Shown: one piece after another, positions 38,581-51,893 of the stretch
Numbering within the stretch: the stretch's first letter is position 1
How the letters are laid out: each line of letters begins with the position of its first letter
NCBI GenBank assembly: GCA_043228905.1
Contig: JBHGNT010000009.1
Location: 17,856,001-17,920,000 of the forward strand
Reading direction: 5' to 3'
Length of the DNA: 64,000 bases
Origin: Azolla caroliniana
Taxonomy: Eukaryota; Plantae; Polypodiophyta
Position numbers and translations under genes: made by a program
The notes under the pieces: model-generated
The model's database searches: none
What the model was told of the DNA's origin: nothing
What the model saw: the letters and a program-made list of their open reading frames with translations, nothing else

Positions 38581-38932
38581 CTTGTCAACAAACTCGACCT
38601 GCCAACAAACTCGATACATTGTATCTAGTTGCAGCCTCATGTGCAATGTATCGAGTTGGGAGAGAAAGAGCCCCAACTCAATACAATGTATCGAGTTTAA
38701 ACACCAAAAAGACTAAAAACAAGACTTTAGAGGCTAAAAAGTAGAAGAAAAGGTGACCTTAAAAATAGAAAAATTTATACTTTCACTAGGTAAAATAGCC
38801 ATGTTTTGCATGAAATAAACTTCAATTCATAAAATCATTGACCAACTTAATAATTTTAGGATGTATTAATATGACCTCGACTTATCCCTTAGAGTAACAT
38901 AGTAAAGTCCCTAGAATTTTCCTATTAGGGCT

Positions 38933-40280
38933 ATGGAACATCAAGATGAACGACCAATCAAGAAAATACGACTCAAATATCAGAGCTCCCTTGGAGAGAA
39001 CACTAAACTCTGTATTATGTCATACACCCAAAAAGGCAAAAAACTTTTATTTGATGATGAGGTCGGTAGGCAGCCTTTTGACGAGTTTAGTCAGATGAAA
39101 TTGGTGGGGGCATCAGGACGTAAAACATTAGCTGACAAAGACATGACTGAATACGAGTGGGCAATGCAATATGTCGACTCAAATAAGAAGGTGGTGCTCT
39201 TAACAGCTAAGAATAAGGGACATGGCCACCTAGACAAAAACAACCTTTTGGATATGGGCATATATTATGATTAGACTATGAGGACTCGGACTCCAAGAAT
39301 TTAATCCTCCTAATAGATTGCTCTAAGGGGGTACGAAAAATGTTCATGTTTGAAGACTGGTTGGTGAAAGATTCATGTGGTCCTGAATCTTTTAAAGTTG
39401 CCATCGAGTTAGCTAATAACCCAGTAACTACATTGTGGCCATACACACAAAGGCCATGTCTCTTTGAAGGAGGCATCTCCTGCTCCTACCAAAGTTGAAC
39501 CTAGAAGACCTACCACACACTCAAGGCCTCCTAAGAAGAAAGTGATCAAAATGTCTGAATCAGAGTCCTCAAGCTCAACAGATGATGAAGACGATCGGAC
39601 AACTCCAAGGGCAGAGTTGTTCTCTAGTGTCCTTTCAACCGGGCAAAACAAGATAAGAAGAGAGATCATTCAAAGAAAGCTCGTGCGGAAAGGACATATT
39701 TTCAATCTTCCTATCACTCAGATTCATCAGCCACCTGTCGATGAAAAGACTGGACGTCGACCACTAGAGATAAGAGAGCCTCACAAACTAGACATCCAGA
39801 ACTTGAAAAAGAAAATGAAGATTAATCCCCATGCTACAGTTGTTCCATTCATCGTAATGGTCGACCTAGATGAGTGTTCGTTGTTAGGGGACTTCAATGT
39901 AAGAAAACACGATCGATGTAATTATTATGTAATTGGGGGTTTGCACTCGGCTGAGGCAAGGAGGCAGTTGGTCAAAGAACATCCCACCACATGTTTCTTC
40001 AAAATATGCAGAATGTAAAATTTATGTGGGGCTAACAATTGAAGAGGCAAAGATGTTAGCATGGGACCATAACAATGACAACGACTATTGCCAAAAAATG
40101 TCCTCAATTGAGCGAATAAGGTTTTTCCATCATGAATTCTTAGTGTCAAACAAAATCATGGAGCAATGTTATATCCCGCTCTTAGACGTTAATGCCTTCA
40201 TGAGGTCAGTATTGTGGTGGACGATCAAGTAAATTATGAGGGCATTAGGAAGTATGAGTCATGGTTCCAGTTGGCCTTTA
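38933..40280 (+). pseudogene. Frameshifted ORF with a ParB/Sulfiredoxin-like motif (probably TE-borne)
   Basis: ORFs 38933-39274, 39464-40018, 39933-40232; VVPFIVMVD...YYVIGGLHSAEARRQL...KIYVGLTIEEAKMLAWDHN resembles the ParB-N fold; motif-level recognition only. Confidence 0.5.
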
Positions 40281-41182
40281 ACCACTCAATGTACCCACTA
40301 ACTAAAACATTGTTAAATCCTTTTTTAGCCTTTCAACATGTCATGTATTGGTAAACTCATTACCTTTTGATTGTTTGCAAGTGACATCCTATGGCATAAA
40401 ATGTACAAGAGAAACTGCTACAATCAATAACTTATAATCGAAATCGTAAAGAGGGTCCAAAATTTACAAAGTTTACTATGATACTACTGAGTGTAGTTGG
40501 ATATCATAAAATTTGAGAAAGGTTCGTTATCAACATTACTATTGTTATTATTTCATCATGAGAACAAATTGCAAGAATCATATTGCCGACGTTGAACAAT
40601 ATCGAAGACTTTTTATATATAATACGTAGACTTTATTTCTGCCAATTAAAGTAGTTAAATCAATTGCAAAAACTCGTGTTTCCAAGTATGTTGATTCTTT
40701 ACTATTGGGACATACATTTAATATTTCCATAATAAAGATACTTTACACATTCATAACTAAAAAAGTGTTATGTGAACTATCATTTATTCTATAAGATTTG
40801 ATTGTAACTTAAAACCTTTGATACTCTATTCCATTAGATTTGATAGTAACCTTGTAACAGGCAACATTTATTCATTGATACATCCCTCATATTCCATGCT
40901 CAATTTGGATCCCTTGTGAACCAATGCAAATCAATGTTGTCACACACATCCATACAGGATTAATAATACAAACATACATAAAGGCACATGTGCACAAGCA
41001 AACACAGAAATTACAATAGTTGTTCCTCCAAGTTGTATATGTTGATCCCAATGTGGATTTAGGTAAATGTTGTTGTATTCTATTTGCTAACTAATGCGAA
41101 GTAGTGTTTTTTGGAAGAAAAAAAAATGTATATGTTCACATATGTTTTATGTGTATTTTATGTGTTCATGTGTATATGCAAC

Positions 41183-41183
<1 letters not shown>

Positions 41184-41238
<55 letters not shown>
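41184..41238. repeat. (GT)n microsatellite
   Basis: About 27 uninterrupted GT units. Confidence 0.95.
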
Positions 41239-41240
<2 letters not shown>

Positions 41241-41918
41241 AGTCATATGTGTGACAGTATTGCAAGCATGTACAAGAGAGCGAATAAAAAACATGGGATC
41301 AATATGTTGTGATGTAAAATGTGTAGGATGTTGTTAACAATATGGTTAACAGGGAACGGTTTGAATCAAAGTTGCATTATACATGTATGTGGTTATATTG
41401 GCACAAGAATTCAAAAAGATTTTATAGGTTTATTAAGAGGAGTGAAAAGAAAGGAAAACACAAAAAAGGTTTATATTTCCATCAAAAACATGGGCAGTAA
41501 TCCCATTTCATTTCATTTCAATTGTCCCACATAAAGGTACGAGACCTATGCACGAGAATTCTAAAAGATTTTATAGGTTTATTAAGAGTAAAAAGAAAGA
41601 AAAACACAAAAAAGGTTTCCATTTCCATCAAACTATGGGCAGCCATCCCATCACATTTCATGTTATTTGTCCCACATACAAAGGCATATCTATGAAACCC
41701 GTAACACACTATATGTAAATACACGTAGAAGAACAAGGACAAGCCCACAATGATATATCATATATGTATGTAATGGACACACAAACTTTGGCCCACACAC
41801 AATAAATGGGCACACATATGCCCATTGCCCATCCCATATGTCCCACATACAATGGCATATGGCCAGGAACCCTATAAATAGGGACTAGGGGGCCACTTGT
41901 GCTACACATACAAAAATC

Positions 41919-42050
41919 ATGGCTAAGAGTAAAATGCTCTTAGCAATGAAAAAAGCCATGGCTTGCATTGAGCAAGATGTGGCTTCTTGCCTCTTGCTCC
42001 TCTACTTCCTCTTCGCCTCCAGAAAATTGGAGCAAGAAAGAAAGGAGTAA
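41919..42050 (+). CDS. Small ORF copy B (43 aa, C-terminally shortened)
   Basis: MAKSKMLLAMKKAMACIEQDVASCLLLLYFLFASRKLEQERKE downstream of USE-like 41840 and TATA 41873. Confidence 0.2.
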   Translation: MAKSKMLLAMKKAMACIEQDVASCLLLLYFLFASRKLEQERKE

Positions 42051-42609
42051 GAATAAGGCCAAAATATGGCCTCTCTCGTAGATTGGGAGTGGTCATAACT
42101 GGTATAACGCCCATCAGGTGTCCAGGGGACACCACTCCCCCACAAAAAAAACTCTAAACCTCCCTTATTAATTCACCCACCCAAACCAAATCCTGTATCC
42201 ATCCAAAAAACCCCCTAATACATATGTGGAAATCACATGATTCCTTAAATCAATCCATGGTCCATTAATAGGGAAATTCTTATATATCTTTTTCACTTTG
42301 ACCAACATATTTTTCGCTCGCTTAATTCTTGATTAATCGATCTGATTGTGGTTAGTCAAATTGTCCAATACATTTACATTATACAAAACACACTAATAAC
42401 AAACAAAATTCTAGGAGATGTGTTTTGTTGGTGGGACTATTAACAATTACACACACAATTACACAAATAGCTACCTGCTGATAATTATATTAGAGAGGTA
42501 ATTCGCACACAACTACACAACATATGAACTGTGAGCTTTAAATGATAAGAGGAGAAAAAGAAGAGGAAAAAAGATGAGTGGCCATTATATATCCCATAGG
42601 AGAAATCAG

Positions 42610-42720
42610 AAGCAAAAGTTGTTGGGTTTGGATGGAACACACAACCTAAATTGATGGCTATCAAGTTTAACCTGAGACATCAATGGTGACAGTGACAGTG
42701 AGCAGACCATTCTTTGTCAG
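42610..42720 (-). pseudogene. Divergent alpha-crystallin-like gene fragment (second copy)
   Basis: KNGLLTVTV and VFHPNPTTF, homologous to MENGVLKINV and VFHPSPITF at 28930-29020. Confidence 0.45.
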
Positions 42721-42861
42721 GAGGAACAACATTGTTTGATGAGATATTCACCAATTCAAAGAAATTTTAGAGACCAATGGAGCATTTCTTCTATCTTATC
42801 ATCCAAGTTTAGGTGTCTTTGAAAATTCAAGAAAACAATTCTCAATCCACATCAGACACCA

Positions 42862-43623
42862 TGTTGGGAATATGGAGCGGAATTGGGATAATTTAAACTT
42901 TCAAACACAATTCACACTTGATAAACAATAGATGAAACCACAAGACGAAATGAGAGAGTACACCGAGATTTAACGTGGAAAACCCAAATTTGGGAAAAAC
43001 CACGGGAACCTTAGGTTCCGAAACAAATTCACTATTTTCTAAGTATACAAGGTGTACTCTAGAGATATGCACATATATTTCAAGGCTACCGCCTTGGATA
43101 CAATATTCACTCTACCAGATAGGATAAACAACAGAAAAATAACCAAAAACACAGAACAAATAAACCTGTTACAAGTGGACAGAAGAGTTGCTGTGACTCT
43201 TTGGGTAGTCTAGACAACACCTCGCTAGATCTCCGTCTTTACACTTGCAACGAGTTCTCGCTCTCGATCACCCTATTCTCGAGCTCTCACACTTGTTTCT
43301 GTTTTCTTGCAGAAGCTTTGTTTTGTTTTTTCTCACACACCTCTTCTTCTCGAATCTCTGTTTTTCCAGCCTTAGTTCTGTTCACTCATGTGCAGTTTTT
43401 CTCTGTAATGCGCTCTGTTTTTCACTCTCTGTTTTCTCTCTAAAAATCAGTTTTTTCGCTCTCTGTTTTTCTCTCTAAAAACAGGTCACGCTATCTCTCC
43501 TTTCTTTTTTCTGTTTTTCTGCTTTTGTCTTCTTATAGTCCAACGTTTATATCTGTGTTCACACACAAACACACAAAAAGACACACACCCGAAAAAAACA
43601 TACAAAAAAGAAAAAAGGCATAC

Positions 43624-43656
<33 letters not shown>

Positions 43657-43745
43657 AATACAACTAATTATAACTTGCCTTAAGCCTATTCGGCATTCAG
43701 CTGACTCAATGTTGTGGGCTCCACTTGAGTGGACAAGCCCCAACA
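42862..43745 (-). mobile_element. Solo LTR (copia-like), 884 bp
   Basis: TGTTGGG...CCCAACA termini, perfect 5-bp TSD CACCA; minus-strand GGGTTTTCCACGTTAAAT motif shared with the other copia LTRs. Confidence 0.9.
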
Positions 43746-44652
43746 CACCAGACGGGATTAAATTAAATTTCATGATCTAAATATAAATTCCAGGACACAC
43801 TACACAAGATTTACACAAAAGCCTGGCATTTTCATATTCAAAATGCATAATCCATTTACATAATCCATTACAGCCTGATCCTCTTTAGATGTATATTGAG
43901 TTCACATTAGACCAAGTAAAAGGTCTTCATGACCAATAATGGCCTTTCTCTTCAAGAATTAACGTAATTTAGATCCCAAAACATGCAACACTCTTGTTTT
44001 GTTATGCATAAACACACTTTCACATTGGAGACAATGTTGATGTGGACAAGCTCCAATGCCAGGACATGGTCACGGTCACGCTTTGCGTTGTAGAGGGGGG
44101 GGTTGTCTTTGATGGTGAAGTAATAATGGGTGGATTAGGATCACCAAGCAATTCAGCTGGATATGATTGGAATGAAAGGGAGTCTTATAGTGCACTTCTC
44201 TTTTGAACTATGTATGTATGTATATGAAAGCTTTGAGATGTGTGTATCAAGTTATATATGCTAGCATTCATTCATACATGTGGGTGTCAAAAGAAACCTT
44301 CTTCCTCTTGTTCTTGTTAGGAAACAGGTCCCTCCGGATGGCAAGTGAGAAGAACAGTACTGATGAGCAAACTCGGCTGAGGCCGATAGGCCTCGGCCGA
44401 AATCGGATGTGGAGTACCCGGCAACGGAAGACCCGATGAGAACTGGATGACGAGTCCCCGGCAAGAGTCGGATGGTGAAGGCCTGGTGAGAACCGTATGA
44501 CGGGACATATTCATAAATATGTTTCCTGAGAGTCCATCGGGGCTATATTTGTAAATAGCCGGAAAGTCATATTAGTATAAATATGACTTAGGGCAAACTC
44601 TTTTAGGGAGTTGTTGTCATTCTTGTTGGCGCAAGATTAGAGCGCAATAGTG

Positions 44653-44701
<49 letters not shown>

Positions 44702-45006
44702 GCGAAGAGTTCGTATCTCTGTTGTAACCGCGGCCTGTGACGAAGACAGTGAACAAGAGGTCGTTGCCTCTGTGTTCATCTATTGTATATTGTTACATAG
44801 TGATAGTTAGTAGTCAATGGACTGCCGTGGTTTTTTCCCGTGTTTGGGTTTTCCATGTAAACAACCTGTGTACTCTTCTCTCCATTGTGTCGTGTATTCA
44901 TTCCTCGTTTTTTTTGTTTGATTCTAAGCTCGGTTGTGGCCGAGCGTTGTTCATCCGGAGCGTGTAGTTCCTGTCAAAGTGGTATCAGAGCGAAACGAGA
45001 CAGAAA

Positions 45007-48000
45007 ATGGACGAATCGTTGGGCGGCATGTTCAAGCTCACCGGCTCCAACTATTCAGTGTGGAAGTCGAAGATGAGGGACATGCTCGTGGTTAGAGATC
45101 TTTGGTTGCCGATTCAGTTCGGGGACAAGAGACCGGACAAAATCGACGCCACGATATGGGAGGTGATGCACATGAAGAGAACGGCTTACATACAATGCTT
45201 CATCGACATGAGTCTATACAACAACTTCAATGAAGAGAGCAAGGCTCATGAGCTCTGGGAGAAGATCGACATTATGTTTTAGAACAAAAATGTTGTCAAT
45301 CAGGTTTCGGTATTTCGGAAGCTAGTAAGACTCTGGTACCAAGACGGCTCCAGCATGGTGGAGCACATGAATGCCTTCCAGGGGCTGATCCACCAAGCAA
45401 CTTCATTGGAAGTACCTCTCGCCGATGAGGTACTAGCGCTACTCCTGCTCGGTTCCCTCCCAGATAGCTGGGAGACGTTGGTTGTCACTTTGGGCAACAC
45501 CGGGCCGGAAGGAAAACAGTTATCCCTAGCAAGAGTGAAGTCGAGCTTGCTAAATGAGGAGGCGTGTCGGAAAGATAAGGATACGAGCTCCGACTCCAAA
45601 GCGCTCCTTACCGAATCGGAACGCGGAAGACAAAGGAACTGGAGTCCCCAGAACCGGGAAAAGTTGGGGACACGATCAAAGTCAAGGGGGAGGCCTACTT
45701 GCTTCTATTGCGGCAAGCCGGGACACTTCCAGAAGAACTATCGGCATTTCCAAAAAGACAAGGAAACTGACGGTACCGATTCGAAGTGGACAGCGGACCG
45801 GAACGGTAAAGACCGGAGGGGAACAAACCGGAAGGGAACAACGGCAATCGCGGCAAGTGAAGAAGAGTTGATGCTCATCACTGAGGAGAGTGAGATAAAC
45901 CTTGCCGGTGACGAGATGACCTGGGTGGTCGACTCCGGAGCGTCATTCCACCTTACCCCAGATCGGAAATGCTTCTCATCCTACTCAGCCGGTGATCACG
46001 GCTGTGTCCGATGGGGAATGAAGGTACATGCCGAATTGTCGGCATAGGAGACGTGTGGCTGACAACACCAACCGGATGCAAGCTGCTATGTCCGACACGT
46101 TACGGAGGTTCGTCTGAACCTGATATGAGCCAGTCGGCTAGATGATGAAGGCTATACGGGTAGCATCCGGAATGGTGTTATGAAGTTCAGCAAAGGGAGC
46201 CTGATTGTGGCTCGGGCCCGGAAGGTAAACACGATGTACCTGATGAATGCCCGGTTATGTCTGGAGGAAGTGAACGTGGCATCCGACACTGCCGGTGAGC
46301 TGTGGCACAAAAGGCTGTGTCACATGAGTGAGAAGGGGATGAAGAGGCTTGCAGAAGACAACCTCATTCCAGTGAAGAACGTGCACTTGGAGAAGTGCAC
46401 TAATTGTCTGGCTAGAAAGCAAAACTGGACCTCCTTCCGACCAAGGCCACCGATGAGACGTAATGCACCACTGGAGTTGGTGCATACGGATGTGTGTCAA
46501 GTAGACACGAAGTCACATGCTGGAGCGCAATACTTCGTGACATTCATTGATGACCACAGCTGGAAGCTGTGGGTCACACCGTTGAAGACGAAGGATCAGG
46601 TGCTATCCGTCTTCAAAGAGCTCCACGCGAGAGTGGAAAGAGAAACCGACCGGAAGCTGAAGGCGGTTCAAGCAGATAACGGAGGTGAATACCGGGGGCA
46701 GTTCGAGGATTACTGTCACTCGAAGGGAATCCAGCTCGAATTTACCGTGCCGAAGACGCCGGAACTAAATGGGTTGGCCGAGAGGATGAACCGGACCATA
46801 ATGGAGAGGGTCTGGAGTATGCTGGCGCATGCAAAACTACCCAAGAAGTTTTGGTCTGAGGCACTGTCAACGGCGACATATGTGATAAACAGATCACCCT
46901 CAGTACCCTTGGACGGAGACACGCCACAGAGAGTCTAGACCGGTAAGGAAGTGTCCTACCGGCATCTGAAGGTATTCGGGTGTCTCGTGTACGTGCATGT
47001 AGCTAAGGACCGGAGAGGAAAGTTGGATCGAACGACTCGGCCATGCATATTCCTCGGTTACGCCGACGATGAGTTCAGCTACCGAGTGTGGGACCTGGTC
47101 GACAAGAAGGTTTTTCGGAGTCGAGATATTATCTTCGTGGAGGACAAGACGCTCGCTGACTGGGAGTCGGAGAAGAAGATAATGAACTCCGAGTCGACCG
47201 GTAAGGATCGATTCTACGATGAACAGACCCAACCGGCAAGAGACCAGTTAACACTCGAGGAACTAGCCAGTTACGATGAGGATACCGAACCGGCAGAAGA
47301 AGAAGTAGAGGAAGCTGAAACCGGAACCGCCCAAGACCCCAAATCGGATTCGGATGAAGATCAAATAGTGGAGCCGGCTGCCGAAGGCCAAAGACTTAGA
47401 TATCCTCTCAGAGAGAGAAGGGCCTCCTGAAGATTTCCGGATTCAGAGCATGTGCTGTTGACCGATGAGGGAGAGCCGGAAAGCTTCGAAGAAGCGAAGG
47501 ATGACACCCACAACCGCAAATGGCTAAGTGCCATGCAGGATGAGATGGATTCCCTGCATGAGAACCATACGTATGAATTGGTGGAGTTGCCGAAAGGAAA
47601 GCGGGCACTCCGAAATAAGTGGGTGTACAAGTTGAAACCGGGAGATGCCGGCAACCCCACGAGATACAAAGCTAGGATCGTGGTGAAGGGGTTCCAGCAG
47701 AAGAAGGGCGTGGACTTCGACGAGATATTTGCCCCGGTAGTAAAGATGACCTCCATCCGGACGGTGCTGAGTATAGCGACAAGCATGGACCTCGAGGTAG
47801 AGCAGGTGGACGTGAAGACGACATTCCTTCACAGTGACCTCGAAGAGGAGATCTACATGCAGCAACTGGAAGGATTCGTGGAGAAAGGGAAGGAGCGCCT
47901 GGTTTTCCGGTTGAAGAAGAGCCTGTATGGGCTCCTCGACAATGGTACCGGAAGTTTGACTCCTTCATGACCGATCAAGGGTACCACAAGACGCAGGCCG

Positions 48001-48305
48001 ATCACTGTGTGTTTGTGAAGAAATTCGAAGGAGGCGACTTCCTGATACTCCTTCTGTACGTGGATGACATGTTGATCATCGGACGGGACCAAGCCAGAAT
48101 ATGGATGCTGAAGAAGACTCTCAACCGAACTTTCGCAATGAAAGATTTGGGTCCGGCAAGACAGATGTTGGGGATGCATATCATCCGGAACCGGCCAACG
48201 AAGCAATTGTGGCTGTCACAGGAGAAATACGTGACAAAGGTGCTTCAGCGGTTCAACATGTTAGAAGCGAAACCGGTCGAATCGACGCTCCCGGCAAACT
48301 GCAGA
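45007..48305 (+). pseudogene. copia gag-PR-INT-RT 5' portion
   Basis: KLTGSNYSVWK, CFYCGKPGH, WVVDSGASFH, VHTDVC, ADNGGEY, NGLAERMN, QVDVKTTFLH, LYVDDML. Confidence 0.95.
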
Positions 48306-48815
48306 TAACAATCGGCAACGGTTTGGTTCAGTTCGAAAGCCTCAAACCCAAACCGGTTCGAACCGAACCGTTAAGAAAATGTTGTAACCCAAACCGAACT
48401 GAATCGAACCACAAAACCGTCTAAACCGAACCGGTTGCACGAAATTCAAACTTGAACCAAACGGTTCTTGAAGTACTAGAACCGTTAAACCGCTAAACCG
48501 GTTTCGCAGTTCGGTTTTGGTTTCGGTATGAAACAAATTATTAATGTTTTTTCTCAATGCATTATGAACTTAACAAGTTATATCAATTGGCCATTATAAT
48601 GATACATAAAACTTTAAATAAGAACAATTTTCTTATGAGGAAAGTTTCTCATATGCAACGATGAAAATTGCAACAACAAGAGCACCAATAAGTGCACCCA
48701 TAATTCATTTGATGAAAATTGCAACAAGAGCACCAATAAGTCCACCCATAATCCATTTGTTGTGACTTACTCTTCGTGTCTAATGAAATTTACAAAACTA
48801 GGGATTGTTCGGAAC

Positions 48816-48965
48816 CTTAGCAACAACTTCTTGAGACGGTGTTCCCAGCAAGTCAGTAATGAGGTCTAACTGATGTGCAACATTTCTACCAGGAAAGAGT
48901 GGTTCTCCTGTCAATAGTTCAGCGAATATGCATCCAATGCTCCGCATGTCAACTGCAGTTGTGTA
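48816..48965 (-). pseudogene. Captured MAP kinase exon (group D/TDY-type, subdomains IX-X)
   Basis: 150-bp AG...GT-bounded exon [50 protein letters not shown]. Confidence 0.88.
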
Positions 48966-49134
48966 CTATAATAGCAAGTTGCAACCAAGAGAATATGTAA
49001 GGCAAACAAAGACAACACACATAAGTCCATAGAATACTTTAAGAGACCAGACAAGCATTTTCGTAGTTCACCATAAAAAATGACACATTTACAGGTCATC
49101 AGACAAAATAAAACATTCACAAGCCTGATGACCT

Positions 49135-49552
49135 GTAAATCTTCGTGTTATGGATATTAAAATCTTCTTACTCTTGCCAATGTTGTCATCCACATCACCT
49201 GACACCAAGCTACAATATCAAAAGCAACATCCTCAAAAAATTAGCATAGATACATCAGAAAGAATCAAAATATTAAGAGAACAAATTCTTAATTTTAAAG
49301 TAATCTAGCTTCTCTAATACTAAAAACCTTGAAATGTAATCATGAACAAATCAACCATAGAAAATATCTCCATTTAGAGAGTAGCAAAGTAGAAAAACTA
49401 TATATCATCGTACCTTATCTTGTGCATGAAGGAGTGTTTGTCTCGGTTGATGGAGATCTTGCAATATGGAAACACCAAGCTCCTCAATTTCTAGAATAGC
49501 CCTCTTGCTTTCTTTAATTTTTTCACTAGATTGATTAAGCCTCTCCAACATA
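49135..49552 (-). pseudogene. VTI1: Captured VTI1-family Qb-SNARE fragment (two exons plus intron)
   Basis: ERLNQSSEKIKESKRAILEIEELGVSILQDLHQPRQTLLHAQDK, GT donor at 49413, AG acceptor at 49210, then DVDDNIGKSKKILISITRR. Confidence 0.88.
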
Positions 49553-51893
49553 CGAAATAATTTTAAAATGACATCAATATAACAATGGTGGATCCAAGTT
49601 AAAACCACCAAATCATGAAAAATGAACAAATTTTAGTTCAAATGCCAAACACTTAAATTTTAAATTTTAAATATGTCCATCAACAATATAAAAGTAGAAT
49701 GTTTGAAATTAAAAAGAAATATATGGGCAATTAAGCACATGTTCTAACTTCTAATTTGACTCAACATATAGTCCACTACATCATCCTCCATAGCAATATC
49801 TTCCACATCTATATCCAACTTATTATACGCTTCACTAAAGTCTTTAGGTAATGAAACATTTGCCTCATTAAGGACATCCAACCATGACCTAATGCACATT
49901 TCAGCCTTGAAAGTGCATGAGTGTAGACGAATTCTATCGTGAAAGTTATCTTTTGCTTCAGAATTAGCCTCCTCTGAAGGCACTGATGATGTTGGTATTG
50001 CTAAATAATCACACACCATCTTGTATATTCGAGGTAAAGCAAACCTGGTTTAGATGTAAACAAACATTTTGAAACTGATTTTGCACAAATTTGATGAAAA
50101 ATGTTAAATTTATAATTGAGAAATGTGAAGCAAACCTGTTGTTAAACCACCATTGAAGTGGATCAATATTTGTTTGTGCTACTGCTAGAGGAAATCTCAT
50201 AAATTGTTCCATTTCTAATTGTGAAGATGTCACTGATTCTTGAGAAGGCTTATTGACACCTAAGATTTCCCAAAGATCTTCACATTTTGTAACATCTCTT
50301 TCATGTGTTTCATCATTAGAAGCCGGAACATAAACTACATAATTTTTTTCCAAGACTTTGTGAACCAAATCAATATCCAAATTCCTCTCAATTGCGTTAT
50401 TGGATATTGGAACTCTGAAAACATATATGAAGATGAAACACATTACGAAATATGTATGAAAAAAATATACCAATCAATTTACTATGTATGAAAAAAACTA
50501 TTAATAGAGCAACATACCGTGGATCAAGAAAGGTTGCAATTCGAGAAGGTATGGACTTCAACAATTCTTGATATCTTATCAAATATTGTAAACATTTGTC
50601 ACTAGCTTTTTCTTGCACTTCAATAGTTACCTTACTTGTGTTAGATTCTATCGATTCCACATCCACTCCCAAATACTTGTTACAATGTGATAACATGCCA
50701 TTGAAGGCAAGAGAAGCTAGTGAGAGGGTGGGGTACTTTGACCCACTTAAATAGGTACAAATTCTAGCAAGTAGAAGAAGCCATTGTTCCATTGCTTGTA
50801 TGTGGTTCCAATCATTAGTAAGCATACTATCAACAAAATCCGCAGCAATAATAGAGTCGGCTATAGTGCAACTTAAAACATCTCTAAGTTTCAAGGCTTC
50901 TTGGTACATTTCTAAGGTGGAATTCCATCTCGTAATGATATCAAGACAAGGTGGCTCCCGCTCTCCATGCTCATACATTGATTTAGAATACTTTCTAAAT
51001 ATAGCTCTACGAACTTTACTAGAACGTATGGATACCAAAATATTTCTCAACTTCATAGTGGAAGGTGAGATGACCTCTAATGCAGCCTTAATACCAAGTT
51101 GAAATACATGAACCATACATCTCAACATATTTGATGAAGGAAAAATATCATCCCCATGCATATCATGTAGCAATCTACCCAACTCATTTGATGCCACAAT
51201 AGCATCACTAGCACCATCAGATGTTACGGATAAGATGTGAGAAGAAATACCGAAGGATTTTAAACGCATAAATAAAGCTTGACCACAACGCTTACCTACG
51301 CCATCACCAGGAAATACATGGAAGAAATCAATGAGCATAGACATTGGCTTGGCAGATTCTCTACATATCCAATGTAATGTCATTGGATAAAATCCTTTCA
51401 AACTATTATTAGACCACCCATCAAATGTAATTGCAAAACGGGAATCGAGTGTAGACAAAAAACCTATAACTATTTGACGAATGACAACATACATTTGCCT
51501 TATTGATCGTTTTAAAGTACGTGCTGACTTAAGCCTATACCCTGGTAAGACATCATGCATGAATTGTTTAAAACCTAAGGACTCAACATGGACATGAGGC
51601 AACATTTCTGTGATTATATATTTTGTGACAACGCCATCAATTTTCTTCTCTAATGTGCGAGTTATTAGAAGCTTGGATGTATCTAAGGGATTTTGGATCA
51701 TAGACATTGGACTCATACTTGAGGAACTATGTGGCTCAGATGTGCTATTAATGTGATGTTTTTCTAATAAATGTTTTGTTAGTGTACCCGTGGATGTATT
51801 AGTTGACCAAGTACTAGAGCAATGTGAGCATCGACGGCAGGGCACACCATTATCTATGATATTTATCGTGTGTCGGTCTGTCCATGAAGTTCA

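Noticed and set aside
44339-44410. Hammerhead ribozyme/retrozyme in the copia LTR (CTGATGA...GAAA at ~44360-44402)
   Set aside because: The hairpin GGCTGAGGCC/GGCCTCGGCC is separated from CTGATGA by 8 nt, and I find no stems I and III with a cleavage triplet
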